From Ascoidea asiatica JCM 7603 (lineage: Eukaryota; Fungi; Ascomycota): 64,000 nt of DNA. Shown in pieces: positions 11,387 through 21,084 of the stretch. The notes under the pieces were generated by a model. That model had not been told where the DNA came from. It made no database searches and saw only the letters and a list, made by a program, of their open reading frames with translations. How positions within the stretch are numbered: the stretch's first letter is position 1; each line of letters opens with the position of its first letter. The position numbers were made by a program, and so were the translations under genes. The DNA lies in contig BCKQ01000005.1 of the NCBI GenBank assembly GCA_001600695.1, forward strand, positions 1,119,939 through 1,183,938, in the 5' to 3' direction.

Positions 11387-14300
11387 TCATCCACCAAAGG
11401 AAGCTTCTGAGCTAGGTTGGTAGGAACTTCCACCTTCTGATGCACTAATATCCACATAATCTAAATAGCTTTTCTCTTCTTCAATATTTTCTTCGACAAT
11501 CTTTTCTTCGACAATCTTTTCTTCCATAATTTCAACTTTATCATTATCTTCTATTGATTCCATTTCTTTTTGCAGATTTTTTAATTTATCAGTTGCTTCT
11601 TTTGCTGTTAATAAATAAGTATAAAAATTTGCAACTTTTGGATGAGCCATTACTTTCCCAGGTAAGAAATTAGAAATTTGCAATCCTTTTCTTGAAACAG
11701 CTCTACTTAAGGCAACATATGCCTGTCCTTTTTCAAATATTCTAGTTAAATCAACCTTTACTTTGGATAATGTTTGACCCTGAGATTTATGAATAGAAAT
11801 TGCCCATGCCAATATTAAAGGTATTTGGGCTCGAGAAACAAGAGGCCTTTCATCAGAATCTTCTATTGTCCAAATTTCGGGGTAACATAGTACATCTCTC
11901 GAACCTCCATCAGGTAATAAAAATCTCACTAATGGATATCTTATGCTTTTGGAACTATCAATTAATCTTTTATATATTTCTTCTTTTCTTTTCATATTAT
12001 CAATTATAATAGGGTCCTTTATCTTCTCTTTACATTTTTGGAAAAATTCAAAAACAAAGTCAGTCTCTTCTCCTTCATTGGTTCTCACCACACTAACACC
12101 CTTTTTAGCGGTATATTCATCAATATCCTTAGATATACCCTTCAATCCAAGATCTTCTGCCACTCCATTTTTTTTCATTGCAGCTTCTCGCTTAGCTTCA
12201 ATAAGACTTGCTTTATCGGAAAGTTCATTGGCATCTAAATTTTCAAAATTATTATAAAAGAAAAACGAATCTGAATCGACGAAGCCCATGACTTTTCCTA
12301 AAGTACCATTAACCAATGTTTCATCTATGTTCTTAAGCATCATTACTTGACAGTCCTTTTTGAGAACTAATTGACTTGGTGCCATAAAGTTATTTAATAA
12401 AAATTGACGTTGATTTTCATCTTCTAATTGGCCCCCATCAAAGGAATTAAATAGATAAGATGTTTGCTTGATGGCACGCAATCTTTTATTATTTGCATAT
12501 TCGACTTCCCTTCTTGTTGGATATAATTCAGCTGCTTGAATTCCATCCGTGGTAGATAATTCTCTTTTTAAATCATAAAAACCTTTGATGGTTTTATAAG
12601 ACAATTTTCCGGTTCTCATTTCATTGAGCATATCAATGAATTCTATATCACCTTTTTGACGAAAAACCGTTTTTAATATAACAGTTAATTCCACTGTTTC
12701 CTTCCAAGAATTTGATTCAAATGCAAATTTTGCGGCACGATCACCTTCTTTTGAAACTGGTGGTAATTGAAAAAAATCTCCACAAACAACAATCTGGACT
12801 CCACCAAATGGAGAGTCGTTTTTCCTAACAGTCTTGGCAATATAATTCAATTTATCTAAAAGATTTCCATCAATCATTGAAATTTCATCAATTATTAGAA
12901 CTTTTACTTCTTTCCATCTTCTCACCAATTTTAAACTTTTTCTAATTTTTTTGACAAGTCTGTCTTCTGGTAAAGTTCCTAATCCAATCCCTGCAAAAGA
13001 ATGAAGAGTAGTGCCTCCAATATTACAAGCTGCAAGACCAGTAGAAGCAGTAACAGCAACTTCACCCGGTTGATATAATGATTTTAAAGTTTTTATTAGA
13101 TGTTTTAAAAGGACAGATTTACCAGTACCTGCAGAACCAGTGTAAAAAAGAGAATGTCCTTCTTTAACAAGCTTGATTATATGTAGTTGTTCTTCAGTTA
13201 AGCATATCGGAACTACACGATGCTCTTTTTGTTCCTCTTTTGTAGAAGTCAGTATGTTTTGGTCATGACTTAATCTGTGCTGAGGTTGTTGAGTCATTAA
13301 AGCTAAAACTGAATTATTACTTATAGAATTTTTTGGACTTTTTTTTTGAATTTTTGGATTGGCTATATCTAATTTTGGATATTTTATTGTGGAATAAGAT
13401 CTTTTTTGACTTTGTAAAGCTTTTTTATTTATTTCATTTGGCGATTTATGTAATATTTGTAAACTTCCATTTTTTAAAGGTGTTATATTTGTATTTTCAT
13501 TGGAAACAGGTATTGGGTTTATGGACAGGCGTAAATTTGTTTTTGACGGTGAAGAAACTGGTATTGCTACACGTTTTGAAGTGGTTCTTGTCAAATGATC
13601 TATAGGAGAGGTTGGATCCGGCGTTGTAGTTGTATACTCTGAAGTTGTGAAACTTTTATTCTTTTTCAATAAATCTATTGAATTTGAAACTTTAGATGGA
13701 GTTGGAGTGAATAAATTGTTTAAAGGAATTTTAATGTTATTGCTATCATTATTATCATCTTCAAAATCATTTGATTGATCATGAGATTTGGTTGAGGTTT
13801 CTTCTATTGTATTTATGATATCAGAAGTTGGATGAAAAATAACTTGAGAAGCTCTAAAATCATTATTTTCAGTTGACTTACATATATCATTTAATGGAAT
13901 TCTTTTATTTGGTGTTGTAGTTGAAGATATAGATGCAGAAGTGTCAGCAGTTATATTTGCTATGTCTTCAGGTTTATCATTAGACCTTATAGGAGAAGAA
14001 GGTATTTGGTCCTTATTATTGTCATAGACTTCTTTATTGTTTCTATTATAATTGCTGTTATTGTCTGCATTGGGGATTTTGTGATAATCAACATTTTTAG
14101 AGGTGGTTACTGTATTTTTTGAATTCTTTTCATTCAAAGGTAATTGATCTTTATAGGAACATGCTGAAGAGAAATTTGATCTGTGATCACTGAAGGCCTC
14201 TATATTATCATTGAATGAAACCTGCTTCATTCTGAATAATCTTTCCTCGGGAGTTTCTTCTCTCAGCTGGATAGCATTCTTATAAGTTATTTCATTTTTG

Positions 14301-15157
14301 TTTTCGTTTACCATTTGATTTATAGGTTGTTGTGGTTGTTGTATAGCATTCTTATAAGTTATTTCATTTTTGTTTTCGTTTACCATTTGATTTATAGGTT
14401 GTTGTGGTTGTTGTATAGGCTGTTGAATATCATACTGTATAGTTGGTTGTAAAGGCCTGTCATATTCACTGTCATCTAAAGAAGACTCTGAAAAGGAATC
14501 ATCAAAAACTCCAATATTTTCTTTCTCGGTTGTTGATAGTTCTCTTTCTATATTAAATCTACTTATTTTATTTTTTGATAAATTACCATTGCTCTTGATA
14601 TTATTATTCCTACTATTATTATTATTATTTATAATGTTGGCATTGAGGTTATTATTTACATTGTTTTTGGAGTTATTAAAGGGGGCTGTTGAGGCAAAAT
14701 ATTTTTCAATATCTTCATCTATATCAGTTGAAAAATCATCATCACTAAACTGGTCAAAATCATTGTTCATGATATTTGATCGTATACTTTTATTTTCGAT
14801 TATCTTAATATCATCGCTATGATTTTTTGTATTTTTGTTAGGCTGGATATTTTGTTTCTTATTGATTGTTTCTTCTTGAGAAGGCCAGTTACTTGAGGAG
14901 GAAAACCCACTATCGAAATCAATATCGGATAAAATATTATTAGATTGAGTAAAATTGTTATTATTATCTATATTTGTATTATTGTTCATTATATTACTCA
15001 TGTATAAGGGTCTTTGATTTGTATAATTAAAATTACAAATGTATCTATATCTATCTCTATATATGAATCTATAATTATAATTATGATTATAATTATTATT
15101 ATAATGAAAATTATAATTTATAAATTTTGAATTTAATTTCAATTTAAACCTAATCAT
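11387..15157 (-). CDS. PIF1: Pif1-family 5'-3' DNA helicase
   Basis: FYTGSAGTGKS, IIDEISM, CGDFFQLPPV, AWAISIHKSQGQTL and GQAYVALSRA motifs. Basic, nearly acid-free N-terminus resembling a mitochondrial presequence. Confidence 0.95.
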   Translation of the reverse strand: MIRFKLKLNSKFINYNFHYNNNYNHNYNYRFIYRDRYRYICNFNYTNQRPLYMSNIMNNNTNIDNNNNFTQSNNILSDIDFDSGFSSSSNWPSQEETINKKQNIQPNKNTKNHSDDIKIIENKSIRSNIMNNDFDQFSDDDFSTDIDEDIEKYFASTAPFNNSKNNVNNNLNANIINNNNNSRNNNIKSNGNLSKNKISRFNIERELSTTEKENIGVFDDSFSESSLDDSEYDRPLQPTIQYDIQQPIQQPQQPINQMVNENKNEITYKNAIQQPQQPINQMVNENKNEITYKNAIQLREETPEERLFRMKQVSFNDNIEAFSDHRSNFSSACSYKDQLPLNEKNSKNTVTTSKNVDYHKIPNADNNSNYNRNNKEVYDNNKDQIPSSPIRSNDKPEDIANITADTSASISSTTTPNKRIPLNDICKSTENNDFRASQVIFHPTSDIINTIEETSTKSHDQSNDFEDDNNDSNNIKIPLNNLFTPTPSKVSNSIDLLKKNKSFTTSEYTTTTPDPTSPIDHLTRTTSKRVAIPVSSPSKTNLRLSINPIPVSNENTNITPLKNGSLQILHKSPNEINKKALQSQKRSYSTIKYPKLDIANPKIQKKSPKNSISNNSVLALMTQQPQHRLSHDQNILTSTKEEQKEHRVVPICLTEEQLHIIKLVKEGHSLFYTGSAGTGKSVLLKHLIKTLKSLYQPGEVAVTASTGLAACNIGGTTLHSFAGIGLGTLPEDRLVKKIRKSLKLVRRWKEVKVLIIDEISMIDGNLLDKLNYIAKTVRKNDSPFGGVQIVVCGDFFQLPPVSKEGDRAAKFAFESNSWKETVELTVILKTVFRQKGDIEFIDMLNEMRTGKLSYKTIKGFYDLKRELSTTDGIQAAELYPTRREVEYANNKRLRAIKQTSYLFNSFDGGQLEDENQRQFLLNNFMAPSQLVLKKDCQVMMLKNIDETLVNGTLGKVMGFVDSDSFFFYNNFENLDANELSDKASLIEAKREAAMKKNGVAEDLGLKGISKDIDEYTAKKGVSVVRTNEGEETDFVFEFFQKCKEKIKDPIIIDNMKRKEEIYKRLIDSSKSIRYPLVRFLLPDGGSRDVLCYPEIWTIEDSDERPLVSRAQIPLILAWAISIHKSQGQTLSKVKVDLTRIFEKGQAYVALSRAVSRKGLQISNFLPGKVMAHPKVANFYTYLLTAKEATDKLKNLQKEMESIEDNDKVEIMEEKIVEEKIVEENIEEEKSYLDYVDISASEGGSSYQPSSEASFGG
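14271..14414. repeat. Perfect 72-bp tandem duplication inside PIF1
   Basis: 14271-14342 is identical to 14343-14414 and encodes QQPQQPINQMVNENKNEITYKNAI twice. Confidence 0.95.
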
Positions 15158-15587
15158 ATAAGTATGATTTTTGATTGAATCTTTAGGAAGTAAATATTAT
15201 TCATTAATGAAATCAAAAGATAATAATCTTTGAGGAATAATTCTTTAAGTGATATTGATATTAGCAGGTAATACAAACTGGAAAAAAAAAGAAAAGAATC
15301 AGTATCAGAATTCCTAAGTGATCAAATATGAAATAATAACTTTTTACTCAATGCTATTTTCCTAACCAAATTATAAAAACAATTGGATTCTTTACGGAAT
15401 TCAAATAACGTTAGATTTAATTTCGTTAAATATTTCAGATCTAAGTCGAAAAACCATCAAAAGCATGTGACTTTCGCTATATAAAATCTTATCAAACTAA
15501 TCCGGTCAATTCCGACCTGTAATAAATATAAAAGACTTTTACTATCGTTAATTACTATATTACATATCTATAAAAATATTAGAAGAA

Positions 15588-16226
15588 TCATTGAATAAGA
15601 GCTGTAATTTGATTAATCTTTCCAGCTAATAAATTCCAACTTTTTTTGTTCATGTCAATATTTCTCTTCAAGAAAGTGATCTCATCATTTAAAATTTGAT
15701 TGTATTTTACTAGAAATTTTAATGAAAAATTTATACCTTTTGCATTATTGTTCAAATCCATCGTGATGAATTTATTCAAATTTTCTAAATTGATCATGTT
15801 GGTTTCATAATATTGAAAGAATTCATCAAGATAAAAAGTCTTATCTTTTGCAAACTGACCTTGAAAAGCAGATTTACTAAAATCTGAATTGAATTTATCA
15901 AGTTGAATATACTGATTTTTAAGATTCTTATATATTATAGTATTTAGCTTTAGAAACTGTGTTATGAGTTGATGATTTTTAACCACTTTGAATTTTAAAT
16001 CTTTGAGTTGGGCTATGTCTTTTTCTTGATCAGTAGAGCTGGAAGAATTTGATTCGGTTGCTGAATTTGAGGTTATTCTTTTTAATGCAGATTTGAATAT
16101 TAAAGAATTTGATTGAGTAAGCACTTCTGATATGGTTGACTGGTATTGATTGAGCTGTTTGATTGCCTGTAAATGATCGATTCTTTCTTTGAAATTTTTT
16201 TCATCCTGTTCTGTCTGTCTACTCAT
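15588..16226 (-). CDS. MFT1: Coiled-coil protein, probable divergent THO complex subunit Mft1
   Basis: 212-aa ATG-initiated ORF. Three segments resemble S. cerevisiae Mft1 as recalled (N.Y...I..V; IAQLKD vs ISQLKE; K..W...A.....IT). It is adjacent to PIF1, as MFT1 is in S. cerevisiae. Confidence 0.55.
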   Translation of the reverse strand: MSRQTEQDEKNFKERIDHLQAIKQLNQYQSTISEVLTQSNSLIFKSALKRITSNSATESNSSSSTDQEKDIAQLKDLKFKVVKNHQLITQFLKLNTIIYKNLKNQYIQLDKFNSDFSKSAFQGQFAKDKTFYLDEFFQYYETNMINLENLNKFITMDLNNNAKGINFSLKFLVKYNQILNDEITFLKRNIDMNKKSWNLLAGKINQITALIQ

Positions 16227-16753
16227 TTTGAAATCTAAAAATGTATTCTAAGGGGAATATTTGTTATATTGATATATTTTGGAAAAAAAAGAATGTTTTA
16301 TGAAATGAAAATACAAATTTCAATTGATAACTTTAACCTTTACTTATTCAACACACTCACAGTAATTATCCATCAGGGTAATAGAAAGCTTTTGATAAAT
16401 TGTAGTTCCAGGAAAGTTCAACAAACGATCCATTCAAGTGGCCAAACCATCTCTATGGGTCTTTAAATTGACCCAAGACCTATTTAATGCACAGTAGTAG
16501 TTTAAAATGGATAAAAGAAGCTTCCTAAATCTAAAATTTACTCTCCTACAGTAGGATAGTAAATTTAGGATTCCCACTGCTAATTTTCCTACAATACCAG
16601 GAATGAGTAGATCAATAAAAATCACTTTTTTCAAAAAAAACTTATATACTGTAAAAATTATTAAAGGATGAAATAAAGACAAGAATATTCATAAAGTGAT
16701 TTAAAGCTAAAGAAAAGTTTTAACAAAATTTCATTCAAAGAAATAAGTACAGA

Positions 16754-19700
16754 CTAATCACTTAAATATTGAGCATAATCTTCAGCTGCAGCAAAGATAG
16801 GTAAGTCTTTGGTCTTTCTTTTCTTCGAGTCTTTACTCTTACTATTTTTCTTACTTTTAGAGGTTTCTGTATTATCTTCTCTAAGACGCTTCTTCTTATT
16901 GACTTTTTTACTTTTTTTATTTGTAGTCTCTTCTTCGTCGGAAAATTCATCAGCTTCTAAATCTAGGAATCCAGCAGCCGAATTTTCATCTTCACTGACA
17001 TCAACTTCACTATCATCGCTTCCTGAGACTTTCTTAGAGTCATCAAGAAAATCTTCCATTTCATCAAAATCGACTGTTTTCATATGAGAGCTGGATATTT
17101 TTGATTCATCTCCATCACTTTCAGACTCAGAAACCATTTTATCACTATCTTCCTCTTCATCTTCATCCATAAAGTCTGATTCATTAAATGCATCACTTAA
17201 ATCACTTTCTATATCACTTTCAGCATCATCCTCTCCATCTGGATTAGTGGCAACTAATGCCTTCCAAACCTCATCATCATCTATTTCATCATCTTCATCG
17301 TCTTCATCCTTGATCTTTTTAACTTTTGGTTCTTTTCCAGTATTCTCAGTTTGCTTGATTTTAAAGTATTCATAGAAAAATTTCTCATCTGGTTTTATAT
17401 CTTTGATATTTTTATGTAACCAGTTTTCAGCATTCACAGGTTTTTCTGTTGATTCATTATTTGATCTTGCTAATAATGAACCTACTTGCACATCACCCAC
17501 GGGTTGCATAATTGATTGTGATTTAGATTGATTGGCTTTCTTAGGATTCTTATAAACAAATCTATCAAGAAAATGACTTAAAGAAAACAATCTTAAATCT
17601 GGTTTACTTTCAATTTTATTATCGGACAAGGATTCTGAATATAATTTAACAGAAGGATGATAATGTTTAACAAAATTTATTAACTCCCAAAGTTGTGTTT
17701 TTTCAGCATTTGCAAATCTAGGATCTCTTTTGAAGGAATCATATTCTTTTTCATCATCTATTTCATTTTTTTCTGAATCATTACTTTCATCTTTAACAAC
17801 TTCATTTATCAGTGAATCAGAATCTTCTTCAACTACTGAAAATAATTGTTTAATACTTAAAGAGAGTTCTGGTTTTGATTTTGCTAATTCCATTAATAAA
17901 AATAACATACCAGTAACAGCTCCAAAATTTAACCAATGTAAACATATCTGTAGTATTCTTTTAACGAAAGCAAATAACCTTGGAGTATTATCATCATTTT
18001 TAAGAGATTTATATAATAAATTTAAAAATAAAGTTTGCTTGGAAGAGCTTACTAATTTTGGGTGAAGTAAAGTTTCATAAAGTGCTTTAAAATATCTATC
18101 TTTACTCAATTCTTTGGCAGTTATAATATGAGATATCAAAACTAAAGCTTGAAGATTAGCATTAAAATTAACTTTTGAATGAGCCATTTGAAAAAGAGTA
18201 TCAATGTGTTTATCAAATAAATCATCTGGTAATTCAGAAAATGGAAAAGCACGATTTAAACCGGATAATAAAGCAGAAAATAATTTACTATTTTTTTCTT
18301 CAATAATCTCAGATTCAGTTTTTTCAACTACTTTAACTGATTTTCCACCTTTTTTACCTCTTTTTACGTGCATTCTACTTCTATGTCTTGCATTGATTTT
18401 ATTTGATTCACCAAGTACATTATCAATTTCATCATCACTTTTATCATCATCTTTGATACTATTAGTCTTTTTACTATTATTATCAATATCTTCTTTTTGA
18501 TTTTGAAAATCATATAATAATTCTTCAAATAAGGCAAAATAAGTTTTAACCAAACTATTTGCTAATTCAACATCATTTTTAGTTAAAATTGTTTGATTTA
18601 AAGTTAAAATAGAATAGTATTTAGCATGAAAACGTATGCCAGCGCTAGTTAAGCCATCAATAACAGAATCTGTAACAATTTTTTTCATTGCAGGATGAGT
18701 TTGTTCAAGTTGTAAAATTTCAAAAGAAGTTTTTGCGGCAACTTTATTATCAATATCACCGAGTTTATTGATACCTAATTTCAAAAGATTGACTTCTTGT
18801 TCAGGTTTTGATTTTAATAATTGGAAAACAACAGTAACTATATTCATTTTAATGAATAATATTGGATCTTGTAATAAATCTTCAAAAATTTTCATCATTT
18901 CAAAATATTGTTTTTTCAAATAATCTTCAAAATAATAAACTATCAATGATTTATCAGACATATTCATACTTAAATTTTGATTTTTAAAATATACTAATTT
19001 TCTATTTGAAGGTAATAGCGTACTGATTATTAAATCTTTTAAAGCCATTATACTTTCCATAGCAGCATTTCTTGATTTTTTTGAACAAAAAAAAGTTAAA
19101 CTCTCTAAAGATTTTATATTATGAATTGGGGATTCTTGAATTATTAAAGTTAATGAAGAAATTTTATCATTAAGAGTACCATTTTTCATAATTTCAGATA
19201 AAAACTTTTTTTGAGAAGAAGATTTTGTAAATTCTTTATAAAATATACCGTTTTCTTGTTCTGTTAATTCTTTTGCTTTTAAAAAAAGTTCATGAAGTTG
19301 ATCTGGAGTGATTTCTGTTTTTTCAATAGTTTCAAGTTTTATATTATACCAATCTGATTGTTTTGGGACAATTAATTGATTTTCCTGAACAAATGAAGAT
19401 TTTATTTGTTGACTAATTTTTGATTTTTTTGATGTAACTTCTTCTTTGAATTTTTCTGATTTTTTATAATTTTCACCTCTTCTAGACTGAAATTTTACAG
19501 GGTTTTCACCTTTTGATTCTTTTGATTCTTTAAATTCTTTTTTATTTTTTGTTTTTTTTGGTTCTTTAGATTCTTTGAGTTCTTTCGATTCTTTTAATTT
19601 TTTTGATTCTTTTTTTGAATCCTTTGATTCTTTTGATTCTTTTAATTCATTTGATTTCTTTGCCTTTTTAAGTTCCTTTAATTCTTTAAATCCATTTATT

Positions 19701-20026
19701 TCGTTTGATTCTTTTGATTTATGCTTTTTGTCTTTAACAACTTTGGAATCATATTTCTCGTCAACTTCAGATTTTTTTGAAGCATGGACTTTATCTTTCT
19801 TTATTTCTTTTTTATGTTCTTTCTTATGTTCTTTTTTATTCTCTTTTTTATCTTCTTTTTTGTTATCTTTTTTACTTTCTTTCTTATTTTCTTTCTTGTT
19901 AGTTTTCTTATTATCTGTTTTGTTTGATTTACTAGAATCTGAATCTAATTTTTTAAGATTTGCCTTTTCTAACTTCAAGGCTATTTTGTCCTTGATAGAG
20001 GAAACATCTAAAGTAGCTTCACTCAT
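16754..20026 (-). CDS. MAK21: Ribosome biogenesis protein Mak21/Noc1 (CBF/Mak21 family)
   Basis: GTLNDKISSLTL, KPEQEVNLL, LLSGLNRAFPF, KRDPRFANA, HYHPSV, HFLDRFVYKNPK; acidic tail ending LPIFAAAEDYAQYL. Confidence 0.95.
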   Translation of the reverse strand: MSEATLDVSSIKDKIALKLEKANLKKLDSDSSKSNKTDNKKTNKKENKKESKKDNKKEDKKENKKEHKKEHKKEIKKDKVHASKKSEVDEKYDSKVVKDKKHKSKESNEINGFKELKELKKAKKSNELKESKESKDSKKESKKLKESKELKESKEPKKTKNKKEFKESKESKGENPVKFQSRRGENYKKSEKFKEEVTSKKSKISQQIKSSFVQENQLIVPKQSDWYNIKLETIEKTEITPDQLHELFLKAKELTEQENGIFYKEFTKSSSQKKFLSEIMKNGTLNDKISSLTLIIQESPIHNIKSLESLTFFCSKKSRNAAMESIMALKDLIISTLLPSNRKLVYFKNQNLSMNMSDKSLIVYYFEDYLKKQYFEMMKIFEDLLQDPILFIKMNIVTVVFQLLKSKPEQEVNLLKLGINKLGDIDNKVAAKTSFEILQLEQTHPAMKKIVTDSVIDGLTSAGIRFHAKYYSILTLNQTILTKNDVELANSLVKTYFALFEELLYDFQNQKEDIDNNSKKTNSIKDDDKSDDEIDNVLGESNKINARHRSRMHVKRGKKGGKSVKVVEKTESEIIEEKNSKLFSALLSGLNRAFPFSELPDDLFDKHIDTLFQMAHSKVNFNANLQALVLISHIITAKELSKDRYFKALYETLLHPKLVSSSKQTLFLNLLYKSLKNDDNTPRLFAFVKRILQICLHWLNFGAVTGMLFLLMELAKSKPELSLSIKQLFSVVEEDSDSLINEVVKDESNDSEKNEIDDEKEYDSFKRDPRFANAEKTQLWELINFVKHYHPSVKLYSESLSDNKIESKPDLRLFSLSHFLDRFVYKNPKKANQSKSQSIMQPVGDVQVGSLLARSNNESTEKPVNAENWLHKNIKDIKPDEKFFYEYFKIKQTENTGKEPKVKKIKDEDDEDDEIDDDEVWKALVATNPDGEDDAESDIESDLSDAFNESDFMDEDEEEDSDKMVSESESDGDESKISSSHMKTVDFDEMEDFLDDSKKVSGSDDSEVDVSEDENSAAGFLDLEADEFSDEEETTNKKSKKVNKKKRLREDNTETSKSKKNSKSKDSKKRKTKDLPIFAAAEDYAQYLSD
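19505..19920 (-). repeat. Lys/Glu-rich 9- and 12-bp coding repeats (KKEx, KES) at the MAK21 N-terminus
   Basis: KKENKKESKKDNKKEDKKENKKEHKKEHKKEIKK and KESKESKDSKKESKK in the translation. Confidence 0.8.
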
Positions 20027-20188
20027 TGATCTTTCAAATTAGATAGATAAAGTGATTCAATGTTTGTATTGCGTGAAAGCAAAGTAATAAAAAAATCAAA
20101 AAACACCAAACTTTAGCATAGAAATATATGTTTTTAGTCCAAATTTGACTTTCTTGTTTTTATTCTCAAGCTGGCTAGCATCAAAAAT

Positions 20189-20226
20189 AAATTTTTTTCA
20201 CAATTATTTTTCAAAATTGAAAAATT
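20189..20226. promoter_or_regulatory. RRPE-like elements upstream of MAK21
   Basis: AAATTTTTTTCA (20189) and TGAAAAATT (20218), 160-200 bp upstream of a ribosome-biogenesis gene. Confidence 0.55.
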
Positions 20227-21084
20227 GAACCGAATCCATAAATATGGTTCTTCTTTTCAACAAAAAAAGTATTACGTTATATATTATGTAATTATATTTT
20301 GCACGTGAGTGTTTTCATTAAAGTATAATTACCATTGAAGTGGATGGTTCCACAGAGGCGGGTCCATTAACAACGGCGAGATATTGAGAAATATTGAGAA
20401 ATATTGAGTGGTAGCAGCGACGTAAATTGAAATTGAATGTGAGAACTGATAATAGCGGTAAACTCACTCACTGTGCTATTCTGAGTGGAAGCATGATAAT
20501 AAATAGCTGTTAACTGTGCAGTGCAAGCTTAAGAAAAAAATAACGTTGGTTCGTGAAAGTGATCAGATTACTTTTGATTTAATTTTTGATTGATTGATTG
20601 ATAATTGATTATTCACCAGAAATAAATATTGAAGAAAGAAAGAAATAAACTAATAAATAAAGAGTCAGAAGCAACTTACCTAATACTAAACATCATAGAA
20701 TCAGAAAGTTTCAGTATAACATACATAATATTAATTCTTACTGTTAGAAGATTACAGACTAAAGAAGTATTGCAATAGTAAACACTTTACCAGATCTACT
20801 CTTTCTCAATATATGATAACCACATAAATATTTCAGCTTATTCAAACATCAAACTCTTTCGTTTAAACATAATTATACCAATATTTCTATCCATAATAGT
20901 TCTGAGCAATCTTTAGTGAACTTGCATCCAACTTTTATTCTTTCTTTAATCATCTCTTCCAAAATTATTTTATCAGTAATATAAACAAATCTTTTATAAT
21001 CAATACTTCATTCTTAGGATCACTCTTTTACTCTTTTTTTGAACCTTTTTCACTCTTTTCATTCTTTTCACTCTTATTTTCATA

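Noticed and set aside
16762-20042. Antisense and alternate-frame ORFs within MAK21, and similarly within PIF1, RAD4, VIP1, VAM6, SEC39 and NTE1
   Set aside because: They are shadows of low-complexity K/E/D/N-rich coding sequence that translate as F/S/L runs.
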